Of a DNA stretch of 64,000 nucleotides, positions 34,744-43,425 are shown piece by piece. The notes under the pieces are model-generated. The model was not told the DNA's origin and made no database searches. It saw only the letters and a program-made list of their open reading frames with translations. The DNA lies in assembly GCA_044227985.1 (NCBI GenBank), contig JBGAVT010000002.1, positions 19,452 through 83,451 on the forward strand, in the 5' to 3' direction. Every line of letters begins with the position of its first letter. Within the stretch, counting starts at the first letter, position 1. The position numbers and the translations under genes are program-made. This stretch comes from Candidatus Saccharimonadales bacterium. GTDB lineage: Bacteria; Patescibacteriota; Saccharimonadia; Saccharimonadales; JAGPDM01.

Positions 34744-36321
34744 TTGGAGATGATGGTGCCGTACCGAGAAGCTAATAAAGTTTTAATTTTTGACACGACC
34801 TTGCGTGATGGCGAACAAAGTCCTGGTATTTCTCTGAACAAAACAGAAAAACTAACAATCGCACACGCTCTGGCTGAGCTTGGTGTCGACGTCATCGAAG
34901 CTGGATTTCCAATTGCTAGTATCGGTGATTTTGAAGCCGTTCAAGCAATTGCGCGAGAAGTGCATGGTCCTACTATTTGTGGACTTGCTCGAGCGGTCAA
35001 CGGTGATATCGACCGTGCATGGGAGGCGATCAAAGACGCTGAAAAACCTCGTATCCACACCTTTATTGCAACCAGCAAGGTTCACATGGAGCATAAGCTG
35101 AAGATGACACCGGAAAAAGTCGCGGAAAAGGCCAATGCAGCTGTTGCTCGCGCTAAAAGCTATACTGACGATGTCGAGTTTAGTCCCGAAGACGCTGCTA
35201 GAACAAGCCTAGACGTCATGCTGGCCGTTATACAGGCGGCGGTTGATGCTGGAGCAACAACTATTAACATCCCTGATACTGTTGGTTACACAACACCACA
35301 CGAGTTTGCGGAACGAATTGCTGAGGTTAGGAAAAACATAAAAGGTGATTATATAATTTCCACTCATTGCCATAATGATCTTGGCATGGCGACTGCAAAC
35401 AGCTTGGCTGGAGTAGGTGCTGGTGCCCGGCAAGTAGAAGTGGCGGTCAACGGAATCGGCGAACGGGCAGGTAATGCGGCTTTAGAAGAGATTGTTATGG
35501 CTATTAAGCTGAAGTCGGATAGCTACGGCGGTGTTTATACTGAAGTCGATTCAAAGCTTATCACTCGGACAAGCCGACTTGTCAGTAATCTAACTGGCTA
35601 TCCGGTTCAGTACAACAAAGCGATTGTTGGCCGCAATGCTTTTTCTCATGAGTCGGGTATTCATCAAGATGGAGTTATCAAGAAGCGCGAAACTTACGAG
35701 ATTATAGACCCAGCAGATGTTGGCGCTGGTGAAAGCCAAATTATCCTTGGAAAACACTCTGGCCGTGCGGCAATTTCATCTGCACTAAAAAAATTAGGTC
35801 ACGAGCTAGACAAAAACCAAATGGATGAAGTTTTCATTGATTTCAAAGCCTTAGCTGATCAAAAAAATAATGTGTCTAATGCTGATTTAAGCGCAATTGT
35901 TGACTCCACCGTTCTTCACTTAAACGATACAAACAATCGCTACGAGTTAGAGTCCGCTTCTTTTGCGCTTAATGATGACGAAAAGCCGTCGGCTACTATC
36001 AAAATCAAAACACCTAACGGCGAAACTATCGAACAATCTGCAGTCGGTAACGGCATGGTAGATGCGGTTTGCACCGCTATCCGTGAAGTAGTTGGGCTTA
36101 AGATTGAACTTGTCGAGTATCTCGTCCAGGCAGTAACTGAAAGTATTGATGCACTTGCGTCCGTTAATATACAGCTACGTTCACACGATAAAGTCGCAAC
36201 TGGGCGAGGCAGTGATACTGATGTTGTCCGTGCTTCTGCAAAAGCCTACCTCGACGCGGTAAATCGACTACTCACGATTGATGATGATAGAAATATGAAA
36301 ACGAAGGCTCGGGGACAGTAA
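34744..36321 (+). CDS. leuA: 2-isopropylmalate synthase / citramalate synthase family enzyme
   Basis: IFDTTLRDGEQSPG, HCHNDLGMATANSLAG and a C-terminal LeuA-dimer regulatory domain are present. The likely start is GTG 34756, 6 nt after GGAG, or ATG 34750/34753. Confidence 0.85.
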   Translation: MEMMVPYREANKVLIFDTTLRDGEQSPGISLNKTEKLTIAHALAELGVDVIEAGFPIASIGDFEAVQAIAREVHGPTICGLARAVNGDIDRAWEAIKDAEKPRIHTFIATSKVHMEHKLKMTPEKVAEKANAAVARAKSYTDDVEFSPEDAARTSLDVMLAVIQAAVDAGATTINIPDTVGYTTPHEFAERIAEVRKNIKGDYIISTHCHNDLGMATANSLAGVGAGARQVEVAVNGIGERAGNAALEEIVMAIKLKSDSYGGVYTEVDSKLITRTSRLVSNLTGYPVQYNKAIVGRNAFSHESGIHQDGVIKKRETYEIIDPADVGAGESQIILGKHSGRAAISSALKKLGHELDKNQMDEVFIDFKALADQKNNVSNADLSAIVDSTVLHLNDTNNRYELESASFALNDDEKPSATIKIKTPNGETIEQSAVGNGMVDAVCTAIREVVGLKIELVEYLVQAVTESIDALASVNIQLRSHDKVATGRGSDTDVVRASAKAYLDAVNRLLTIDDDRNMKTKARGQ

Positions 36322-36756
36322 ATGATTCAGGCAATCTACGCTAGCACATCCGGAAATGTTGAGTACGTGATGACGCAGATTGCTAAACTTGAACCACGAG
36401 TGAGCTTGTTACGAGCAGAATATATAGAATCCGGATCTTTTGATAGCGACATATTCATATTTGCAACTTCGACATGGGCTCACGGCGAAGTAAATCCATT
36501 TTTCGTTCCCGTCCTCAAACAAATTGAGAATCTCGATATGACTGGCAAAAAAGCATTTTTTATCGGTCTCGGTGATAATCGTTATGAACCCGTATTGTTC
36601 TGTGAGGCTATCAATATTACCCGTAGAGCCTTCGATGCTTCGGGCGGCCAATCACTCGGGAAAACATTTAGACTCAATGGTGATCCGTATACTCAGGAAG
36701 ATAAAGTCGAAGACTGGGTAAAGAATATGTTGCAAAAGGAGCTTATAAATGCGTAA
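36322..36756 (+). CDS. flavodoxin
   Basis: 144 aa. IYASTSGNVEYVM matches the FMN phosphate-binding loop pattern (S/T-x-T-G-N-T/V-E). The gene starts 1 nt after the leuA stop. Confidence 0.7.
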   Translation: MIQAIYASTSGNVEYVMTQIAKLEPRVSLLRAEYIESGSFDSDIFIFATSTWAHGEVNPFFVPVLKQIENLDMTGKKAFFIGLGDNRYEPVLFCEAINITRRAFDASGGQSLGKTFRLNGDPYTQEDKVEDWVKNMLQKELINA

Positions 36757-38482
36757 AGATCGTCTGCGTATAAAGTTTGCCGGTGAGAGCGGTCAGGGGA
36801 TCGACTCAGTCGGTAAAGCTATCACTGAAGCCTTGGTTTGGGCCGGGTATTACACCTTTGGTTACCGTGAGTATCCAAGTCTAATTAAGGGTGCTTGGGC
36901 CAATTATCAAGTAGATGTTTCAGATCAACCGCTACAGTCAAGCTCTGAAAAATGCGACATTCTGCTATGTATCAGTCGTTATAGTATTTATGAATATTTG
37001 CCAACGCTTGCCGACGGAGGTCAGCTAATTCACAGTATGGAAAGGTTAGAGCTACCTGACGAGCTACAAGATTTTGTCAGCGATCACAACATCACTATTG
37101 AATATGTAAAAGCGATTGAGATTGCCGAAGCTCAGGGCGGCAATGCATTGATGGAGAACGTTGTTTTGGTCGGCGTACTCTGGCAGTTACTGGGAATACG
37201 ACTTGAACCGTTTCAAAATGAGCTCAAAAAGCTATTTGCTAAAAAACCAGATTTACTAGAACTTGACCTTAAATGCGCCGAAGCTGGCTATGTTTATAAA
37301 ACACAACACGCGAAAAAAATTGATTTCACGACTATGTTTAAATCAAATATGAAACTTATTAAGAACCAAGTAATCGACGGTAACTACGCAATCAGTAAAG
37401 GTGCGGTCGATGCCAGCGTCAGGGCTTTTTATGCTTATCCGATGACGCCAAGCTCATCCGTACTGACTTATCTGGCTGACTGGCAATTTGAAACCAAGAT
37501 GGTCGTGAAGCAGATAGAAGATGAAATATCGGCTGCCCAATTTACGATTGGTAGTAGTTTTATGGGAACCCGAGCCATGACCGCAACGAGTGGTGGAGGC
37601 TTTGATCTCATGACGGAAAGTGTTAGTTTGGCTGGAATAACCGAAACTCCACTCGTCATATTTTTGTCACAACGACCCGGGCCTGGCACCGGGCTTCCAA
37701 CTTGGACAATGGCAAGTGATTTGCCAATAGCGGTCTACGGCGGACATGGTGAATTTGCCCGAATCGTTGTGGCGGCAAGCGATCCGAAAACTGCTTATCG
37801 CGTTACACAGGAGGCTCATAACCTAGCGGAAATGTATCGAGTGCCAGTGATAATCTTGTCAGAAAAACAGATAGCCGAATCGCTTTATAATATTGATAGT
37901 TTAGGTGAAAAAGTACCTATTAAACGTCAATTAACAGATACACCAATCATTCCAGAATCAGCGAGTGATTTCTACAATGAACACGAAACAGGTGTCAGCA
38001 CACGATGGTTCCCGGGTGATAACTTACCAGTTTTTCTCTCTAATAGTGATGAGCACGACGGTGAAGGAAATTCAATTGAAGATGGTCCAACCACAAAGCT
38101 TCAATATGGTAAGCGTATAGCAAAACAAAAATTAATTGAGGACGCTTTGCCGCTACCAAAAATTTATGGCAATAAAGAATCTAAAAACTACATAATCGGC
38201 TGGGGGAGTACGGCAAATACTGTGCTTGATTTAATCGATAACTATGAGAACCTAGCTTACGTACATTTCGAATATCTTTGGCCGTTGAATGCAGCTAAAA
38301 TTGCTGAGCTGCTAGATAATAAGACCTTGTTTAGCGTTGAAAACAACTACACCTCCCAATTAGCAACGTTGCTGAAGTCTCAGCTACCGCTCGAATTCGC
38401 GAAGCAGTTTACAAAGTATGATGGTCGCGGATTTTTCGTTGAAGATATGGAAGCAATCTTAGACGAGGTGAATCAATCATGA
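36749..38482 (+). CDS. 2-oxoacid:ferredoxin/flavodoxin oxidoreductase, fused gamma-alpha subunit
   Basis: The N-terminal gamma-like segment reads IKFAGESGQGIDSVGKAI. The alpha domain reads AVDASVRAFYAYPMTPSSSVL...ATSGGGFDLM. It overlaps both neighbours, consistent with an operon. Confidence 0.8.
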   Translation: MRKDRLRIKFAGESGQGIDSVGKAITEALVWAGYYTFGYREYPSLIKGAWANYQVDVSDQPLQSSSEKCDILLCISRYSIYEYLPTLADGGQLIHSMERLELPDELQDFVSDHNITIEYVKAIEIAEAQGGNALMENVVLVGVLWQLLGIRLEPFQNELKKLFAKKPDLLELDLKCAEAGYVYKTQHAKKIDFTTMFKSNMKLIKNQVIDGNYAISKGAVDASVRAFYAYPMTPSSSVLTYLADWQFETKMVVKQIEDEISAAQFTIGSSFMGTRAMTATSGGGFDLMTESVSLAGITETPLVIFLSQRPGPGTGLPTWTMASDLPIAVYGGHGEFARIVVAASDPKTAYRVTQEAHNLAEMYRVPVIILSEKQIAESLYNIDSLGEKVPIKRQLTDTPIIPESASDFYNEHETGVSTRWFPGDNLPVFLSNSDEHDGEGNSIEDGPTTKLQYGKRIAKQKLIEDALPLPKIYGNKESKNYIIGWGSTANTVLDLIDNYENLAYVHFEYLWPLNAAKIAELLDNKTLFSVENNYTSQLATLLKSQLPLEFAKQFTKYDGRGFFVEDMEAILDEVNQS

Positions 38483-39354
38483 GTTGTGGAAGCTGCCCAT
38501 CACTAGAGGATTGCGATCCAGGAACGCGAGCAAGTTTTGCTAGTAAAAATCTCTATACTTGGTGTACAAACTGCGGAAATTATGGAATTTTCGGAGCAGT
38601 CAAAAATGCTTTAACACAGGAGAATAAAAAACCACATGAAGTTTTATTAGCTTTTGATATTGGTTGCAACAGCAACGGTGCTGATAAGATTTCTGGCTAC
38701 CGCTTCAAAGGACTCCACGGACGAGTGATACCATTTGCCTGCGGCGCTAGTATTGCTAATCAAGACGTTCCAGTGCTTGCGTTTGCTGGCGATGGAGCCA
38801 CGCTCGGCGAGGGCATTAGCCACTTTGTTCACGCCGTACGCACTAACTACAATGTCACTTTTATCTTACATAACAATTATAACTACGGCTTAACAACTGG
38901 GCAGGCCAGTCCAGCTACACCAGACGGCATACCTATGAAAGTGTCTCCCTATGGAACGACTGCCGAGCAGCTCAATGTATCGCAGCTCGTCATGTCTCTT
39001 AAGCCAAGCTTTTATGCTCGTAGCTATTCGGGCCACGTTGGGCACATGACAAATGTGATTCGTAAAGGCATGCAACATAAGGGGTTTTCGGTCGTTGAAG
39101 TCATGCAGGCCTGTCCAACCTTTAATAAGGCCACGCCACACATGTGGTATATGGAACGAGCTTTTGATATCAGCGACATTAAAGATTACGATAAAACTGA
39201 TCTTGAACAAGCTAGACGAGTAGCCAATGACTTAACAGACAAAATTGCCATTGGCGTTTTATATCAACGCGAAGATATGCCTGATTTCATGGCTAAACAA
39301 CAACAACGCAAGAACGAAACCACTAACCTATCCTCAGAAGTATCAATTAACTAA
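38479..39354 (+). CDS. 2-oxoacid:ferredoxin/flavodoxin oxidoreductase, beta (TPP-binding) subunit
   Basis: WCTNCGNYGIF, the TPP motif AFAGDGATLGEG...LHNNYNYGLTTGQ and a further conserved Cys are present. Confidence 0.8.
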   Translation: MSCGSCPSLEDCDPGTRASFASKNLYTWCTNCGNYGIFGAVKNALTQENKKPHEVLLAFDIGCNSNGADKISGYRFKGLHGRVIPFACGASIANQDVPVLAFAGDGATLGEGISHFVHAVRTNYNVTFILHNNYNYGLTTGQASPATPDGIPMKVSPYGTTAEQLNVSQLVMSLKPSFYARSYSGHVGHMTNVIRKGMQHKGFSVVEVMQACPTFNKATPHMWYMERAFDISDIKDYDKTDLEQARRVANDLTDKIAIGVLYQREDMPDFMAKQQQRKNETTNLSSEVSIN

Positions 39355-39822
39355 GTTTTTTGATGGCATTATCTGCACCCTAGTCTCATCAGTTCGCGGG
39401 TGCACGATCGTTGGACTATTCCCACCCCAAACACCGCCCCATTTAGTGTCGCCAGGAATAAAGTTAGGACAAGTCCAGCAGTTACCAGGAACATCGGAAT
39501 CAGGACTTTTCATCTCTGTTGATGCTCCACGCGCCCAAGCACTATAATCATTTTCATCGTGGAAATGTCTCGTTAGTTTAAAATAGAAAGTCCCTAGTGT
39601 GACTAGCTGCGGCGGTATTGCTTCGTCGCTTGATGTAAAAACTTCAGCCAACTTACTTGGTTTTACATGTCTTGGCAATGCAATGTCGTTGCCTATTGCT
39701 TCTAGGACGGGTCCCCAAGTTTCGCTTCCACAATCATCCGGAGGCAGAAACTCTCCACTACACTGTGGCGGAACGTGGATAGTAGGCATTGACATTCTTA
39801 GTTTATCGCCGAAATTTGACAT
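39343..39822 (-). CDS. hypothetical Trp/Gly/Cys-containing protein, locally G+C-rich gene
   Basis: 159 aa with no recognised motif (features: PPQCSGEF, NCWTCPNF, WGGVWGG). A hand count of 39361-39480 gives about 52% G+C, against about 40% in typical neighbouring coding sequence. Confidence 0.45.
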   Translation of the reverse strand: MSNFGDKLRMSMPTIHVPPQCSGEFLPPDDCGSETWGPVLEAIGNDIALPRHVKPSKLAEVFTSSDEAIPPQLVTLGTFYFKLTRHFHDENDYSAWARGASTEMKSPDSDVPGNCWTCPNFIPGDTKWGGVWGGNSPTIVHPRTDETRVQIMPSKNLVN

Positions 39823-39892
39823 AATTATCTATTACTATAACCTAAAACTATTGTTAATCAATATATGTTAGAGTAATAGTCAAAGGAGAGAT

Positions 39893-40252
39893 ATGAACAA
39901 ACCAGCAGCTAAGTATTCACCAATTCGAAAAGTCGGTAATGCCTATTATATCTCCGGACAAGTAGCATTTAAGCCAGATACACTTGAGCTAATTAGCGAT
40001 GATATAAAGGAACAGATCGTTCAAGTCATGAAAAATATTAAGAATTTGCTAGAAAACAAAGGCTTATCAATGGGGGATCTCGTAAAAACTACCGTTCTTC
40101 TTGACGATATCGATAACTATGCTGTTATGAATGAAGTTTATGCTGAATTTATTGTCGGCGATACCCCACCTGCGAGGGCAGCTTATGCAGTCAAAGCACT
40201 GCCGTTTGGCGCTAAAATTGAAATTGAAGCTATTGCCTATAAAGAATCGTAA
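39893..40252 (+). CDS. ridA: RidA (YjgF/L-PSP) reactive enamine/imine deaminase
   Basis: 119 aa. YSPIRKVGNAYYISGQVA...MGDLVKTTVLLDDIDNYAVMNEVYAEF...PARAAYAVKALPFGAKIEIEAIA is typical of the family. Confidence 0.85.
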   Translation: MNKPAAKYSPIRKVGNAYYISGQVAFKPDTLELISDDIKEQIVQVMKNIKNLLENKGLSMGDLVKTTVLLDDIDNYAVMNEVYAEFIVGDTPPARAAYAVKALPFGAKIEIEAIAYKES

Positions 40253-40312
40253 TTCTTTTTCATAGCTTAAATACGTGCGAAAAATCTGTAGACCGAGTAT
40301 AATCCCTAATTT

Positions 40313-41797
40313 GTGGACCCTATAGTAAGCCAAATCAATAACAGCCTAGTTTACGACGTCAGCAAAGTAACTGCGCTAGATCATGCCAAGAAACTTTCCG
40401 ATAAACTGAATAATGCAATATATTTTAAACGCGAAGACCTGCAGCCGGTAAAATCGTTCAAAATTCGTGGCGCCTACAACCGAATTGCTCAGCTCAGTGA
40501 TAATGAAAAGAAAGCTGGAGTCATAGCTGCTAGCGCTGGAAACCATGCCCAAGGAGTAGCTTTAAGCGCACAAAAACTTGGAATAGAAGCGACAATCATT
40601 ATGCCGACGACGACACCTCAAATCAAAATCGATGCGGTTCGTTCATATGGTGCAGAGGTAGTACTTTTCGGTGATAGTTACAGCGATGCTGGTGACTATG
40701 CAAAAGAATTACAAAAGAATCGCGACATGATCTATGTTCATCCTTTTAACGATCTCGAAGTTATTGCTGGACAAGGAACTATTGGTAAAGAAATTGTCGA
40801 ACAGCTGACTCAAGTTGATTATATTTTTGTTCCAGTTGGCGGCGGCGGATTATTAGCTGGGATTGCAAGCTATGTCAAAAACATAAAACCAAACTGCAAC
40901 ATTATTGGTGTCGAACCAATCGATAGTAATGTAATGAATCGTTCGCTTAAAGAAGGTAAAATCGCCGAACTGAAAAGTGTTGGAATTTTTGCGGATGGTG
41001 TTGCGGTTAAAGTTCCAGGAGATAATACATACGAATTGTGCTCTAAATATGTAGATGAAATGATGACTGTTTCCACCGATGAAATATGTGCAGCAATAAA
41101 AAATATCTATGAAGATAGTCGCTCAATTGTCGAACCTGCAGGTGCACTAGCTATGGCTGGCGCTACACGATTTATAGAAAAAAACTCTCTCAAAAATAAA
41201 AATATCGTTGTTATTAATAGTGGTGCGAATATGACTTTTGAGCGTTTGCAGTTTATTGCCGAGCGAACTCTAGTTGGCAGCGGCAAAGAAGTTCTGTACA
41301 GCATAGAATTAGCAGAAAAGCCTGGTGCGCTTCGAGGTTTAGTCGAGAATGTAGTTAACGGCTATTCGATAAGTGAGTTTAATTATCGCAAACAAGATAT
41401 CAAAAAAGCGCATATTTTTGTTGGTATGCTCTTGGTTGAGCCAGAAGATAAACTAAGATTAGAAACCTCTCTCAATAAATATAACTATAAATTCAAAGAT
41501 TTAACTAGTAATGAGATCAGTAAACGACATTTACGCCATATGATAGGCGGCAAAGCACCAAAAGGAACAAACGAAGCCTTATTCGAATTTGTCTTCCCTG
41601 AGCGACCCGGGGCATTACATGAGTTTTTAATAGCAATTGAAGATCGTTATAATGTCAGCCTTTTTCACTACCGTAACAACGGGGGTGACAACGCGCGAGT
41701 CATGATCGGGCTTGAAGGCCATAGCATAAAACTTGATTTACCAGATGGGTTCGAAAAACATACTATCGCTCATAATACTTTTGCTGATTTCATCTAG
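40313..41797 (+). CDS. ilvA: threonine dehydratase (biosynthetic type with C-terminal regulatory domains)
   Basis: PLP lysine block QPVKSFKIRGAYN, GNHAQGVAL, VPVGGGGLLAGI, and about 170 aa of tandem ACT-like C-terminal domains. GTG start. Confidence 0.85.
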   Translation: MDPIVSQINNSLVYDVSKVTALDHAKKLSDKLNNAIYFKREDLQPVKSFKIRGAYNRIAQLSDNEKKAGVIAASAGNHAQGVALSAQKLGIEATIIMPTTTPQIKIDAVRSYGAEVVLFGDSYSDAGDYAKELQKNRDMIYVHPFNDLEVIAGQGTIGKEIVEQLTQVDYIFVPVGGGGLLAGIASYVKNIKPNCNIIGVEPIDSNVMNRSLKEGKIAELKSVGIFADGVAVKVPGDNTYELCSKYVDEMMTVSTDEICAAIKNIYEDSRSIVEPAGALAMAGATRFIEKNSLKNKNIVVINSGANMTFERLQFIAERTLVGSGKEVLYSIELAEKPGALRGLVENVVNGYSISEFNYRKQDIKKAHIFVGMLLVEPEDKLRLETSLNKYNYKFKDLTSNEISKRHLRHMIGGKAPKGTNEALFEFVFPERPGALHEFLIAIEDRYNVSLFHYRNNGGDNARVMIGLEGHSIKLDLPDGFEKHTIAHNTFADFI

Positions 41798-41800
41798 ATA

Positions 41801-41829
41801 TTGACAAATACTATAATTTGAACTATAAT
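41801..41829 (+). promoter_or_regulatory. consensus promoter, probable leaderless transcript
   Basis: TTGACA (41801-41806), 17-nt spacer, TATAAT (41824-41829). The ATG at 41836 lies 6 nt downstream with no SD. Confidence 0.55.
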
Positions 41830-41835
41830 ATATTT

Positions 41836-42639
41836 ATGTCTTTCAGAGAACGCGCACAAGTTCAACCAGCTTCGCAATTCGACCATATTGTCCATTGGGT
41901 AAGACAAGGACCTAAAGTTAGACCAGATGGTACCTACAATCATGGAATATTATTTCCTGTCACAGCCAATACAAAGCTTCGGCCAGCAGTAGCTCAGAGT
42001 AAAGACGATGAAGGTAAGTTACGTTCTGTAGAGCGCAGTGATATAAGCCCAGAAGAGTATGACTTCCTTAGGAAGACAAGTATACACGGATTAGTAAGAG
42101 CGATGGGAGCAGTTAAACAACGAGCCTGGGCTACAATGCCTGTTCGCAACATATACCTTGGTGTTGAAGGTAATTTTGTATCTCTACAAAAAGGGAACCC
42201 AACTATAGTAAAAATTAAAGAATTTGAAGAAGGATATTCTAGTAAAGTTAGAACTGTAACAGTCGCTAGCAGCAGAGGGTTCAACAAAGACGGAACTCCT
42301 CAACCTTATATGCCTCAAGCTAAATTTTCTACATACTGGGGGGAGGGTGATCCGAACGGAAAAAATACAACCATTCGAGCAAACCCGATACTGACAAAAA
42401 ATTTTCACAACATACCTATTCCGGATATAACTATCGATTTAGCAAGAAATAAACATGTTAAATCGAAAAGAGACGAGACCGCACCTGACATTTCGATTGC
42501 TGAAGCATTTGGCATACAGTCTTCAAGCTTAGATGCCGATTATGCACCACAGAATGAAGTATTACAAAGGATGCTACTTGGTGTAGCCGCAGCCGCAGTA
42601 ATAAAACTAGCAATTGAAATGCCATATGATGGAGAATAG
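41836..42639 (+). CDS. hypothetical protein (267 aa)
   Basis: No motif recognised. There is a hydrophobic C-terminal segment (MLLGVAAAAVIKLAI). It is the last cargo gene before rplJ. Confidence 0.45.
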   Translation: MSFRERAQVQPASQFDHIVHWVRQGPKVRPDGTYNHGILFPVTANTKLRPAVAQSKDDEGKLRSVERSDISPEEYDFLRKTSIHGLVRAMGAVKQRAWATMPVRNIYLGVEGNFVSLQKGNPTIVKIKEFEEGYSSKVRTVTVASSRGFNKDGTPQPYMPQAKFSTYWGEGDPNGKNTTIRANPILTKNFHNIPIPDITIDLARNKHVKSKRDETAPDISIAEAFGIQSSSLDADYAPQNEVLQRMLLGVAAAAVIKLAIEMPYDGE

Positions 42640-42675
42640 CCATCAGTTGACGCGTATTCGATAATAAGCTATTAT

Positions 42676-42813
42676 TGTCTTAGTTTTGCCAAAGACAGTA
42701 GCAGCAGAAATGCTTAATTCGCTACCGAGGACGAACGAACAGTCACTGTTTGTTTTGTGATAACACACATCGTTTTAGTCTTTGGTGAACAAAAGCCAAA
42801 GACTTTTTGTTTT
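42676..42813 (+). promoter_or_regulatory. candidate rplJ (L10) leader with alternative structures and intrinsic terminator
   Basis: Terminator AGTCTTTGG (42777-42785) / CCAAAGACT (42796-42804) followed by TTTTGTTTT, 37 nt before the rplJ ATG. An upstream copy of CCAAAGAC (42689-42696) can pair with the terminator's left arm, and is itself sequestered by the hairpin TGTCTT (42676-42681) / AAGACA (42692-42697). Confidence 0.55.
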
Positions 42814-42850
42814 AGCTAAAAATAATTAATAAGGTGAAAGGAAATAATCA

Positions 42851-43381
42851 ATGGCGATTACTCGAAAGAAAAAGGAAGAAATCATTTCTGGCGTAGCCGA
42901 TATTTTGGCGCAGTCAAAGATGACCGTCGTCGCAAACTACTCTGGTTTGACCGTTGCAGAAATGCAAACACTTCGACGTGCAGCACGAGCAGAAAATGTC
43001 GTTATCAAAGTTGCAAAAAACCGACTCGTTAAGCGAGCATTTGCAGCTGACAATAAGTTAAAAGACGTTGACAGCTCCATGCTAAAAGGTCAGTTAGCAG
43101 TTGCAGTAGGTCTAGATGACGAAGTTGCTCCAGCCCAAGTTTTGGCGCAATTTGCTAAAGAACATCCACAGCTCGAGCTAATTGGCGGCGTTAACGCTGA
43201 CGGTGAAGCTTTTGACGGTGCTCAGGTCAAGCAATTGAGCGAGCTACCAAGCAAAGACGTACTACGCGGCCAAGTTGTTGGAACGATTGCAGCACCACTC
43301 AGTGGTTTTGTTTCTGTTCTAGCTGGCAACATTCGCGGCTTTAACAACGTGCTTAACGCACGAAAAGACGCAATTTCATAA
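42851..43381 (+). CDS. rplJ: 50S ribosomal protein L10
   Basis: KKEEIISGVADILAQSKMTVVANYSGLTVAEMQTLRRAARAENVVIKVAKNRL is a typical L10 sequence. Confidence 0.92.
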   Translation: MAITRKKKEEIISGVADILAQSKMTVVANYSGLTVAEMQTLRRAARAENVVIKVAKNRLVKRAFAADNKLKDVDSSMLKGQLAVAVGLDDEVAPAQVLAQFAKEHPQLELIGGVNADGEAFDGAQVKQLSELPSKDVLRGQVVGTIAAPLSGFVSVLAGNIRGFNNVLNARKDAIS

Positions 43382-43425
43382 GTTTACTAAATATTTAATA
43401 ATTATATACAAGAAGGAGTTTTAGA

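Noticed and set aside
34674-34775. Treating the SD-preceded 33-codon ORF as the true leuA N-terminus requiring a frameshift.
   Set aside because: The peptide (MSDTEKQMQFRAISRIIKREQIVIGDDGAVPRS) has no LeuA similarity. LeuA has an adequate in-frame start (GGAG, 6 nt, GTG 34756) just before the conserved IFDTTLRDGEQ. It is kept only as a possible uORF in the attenuator finding.
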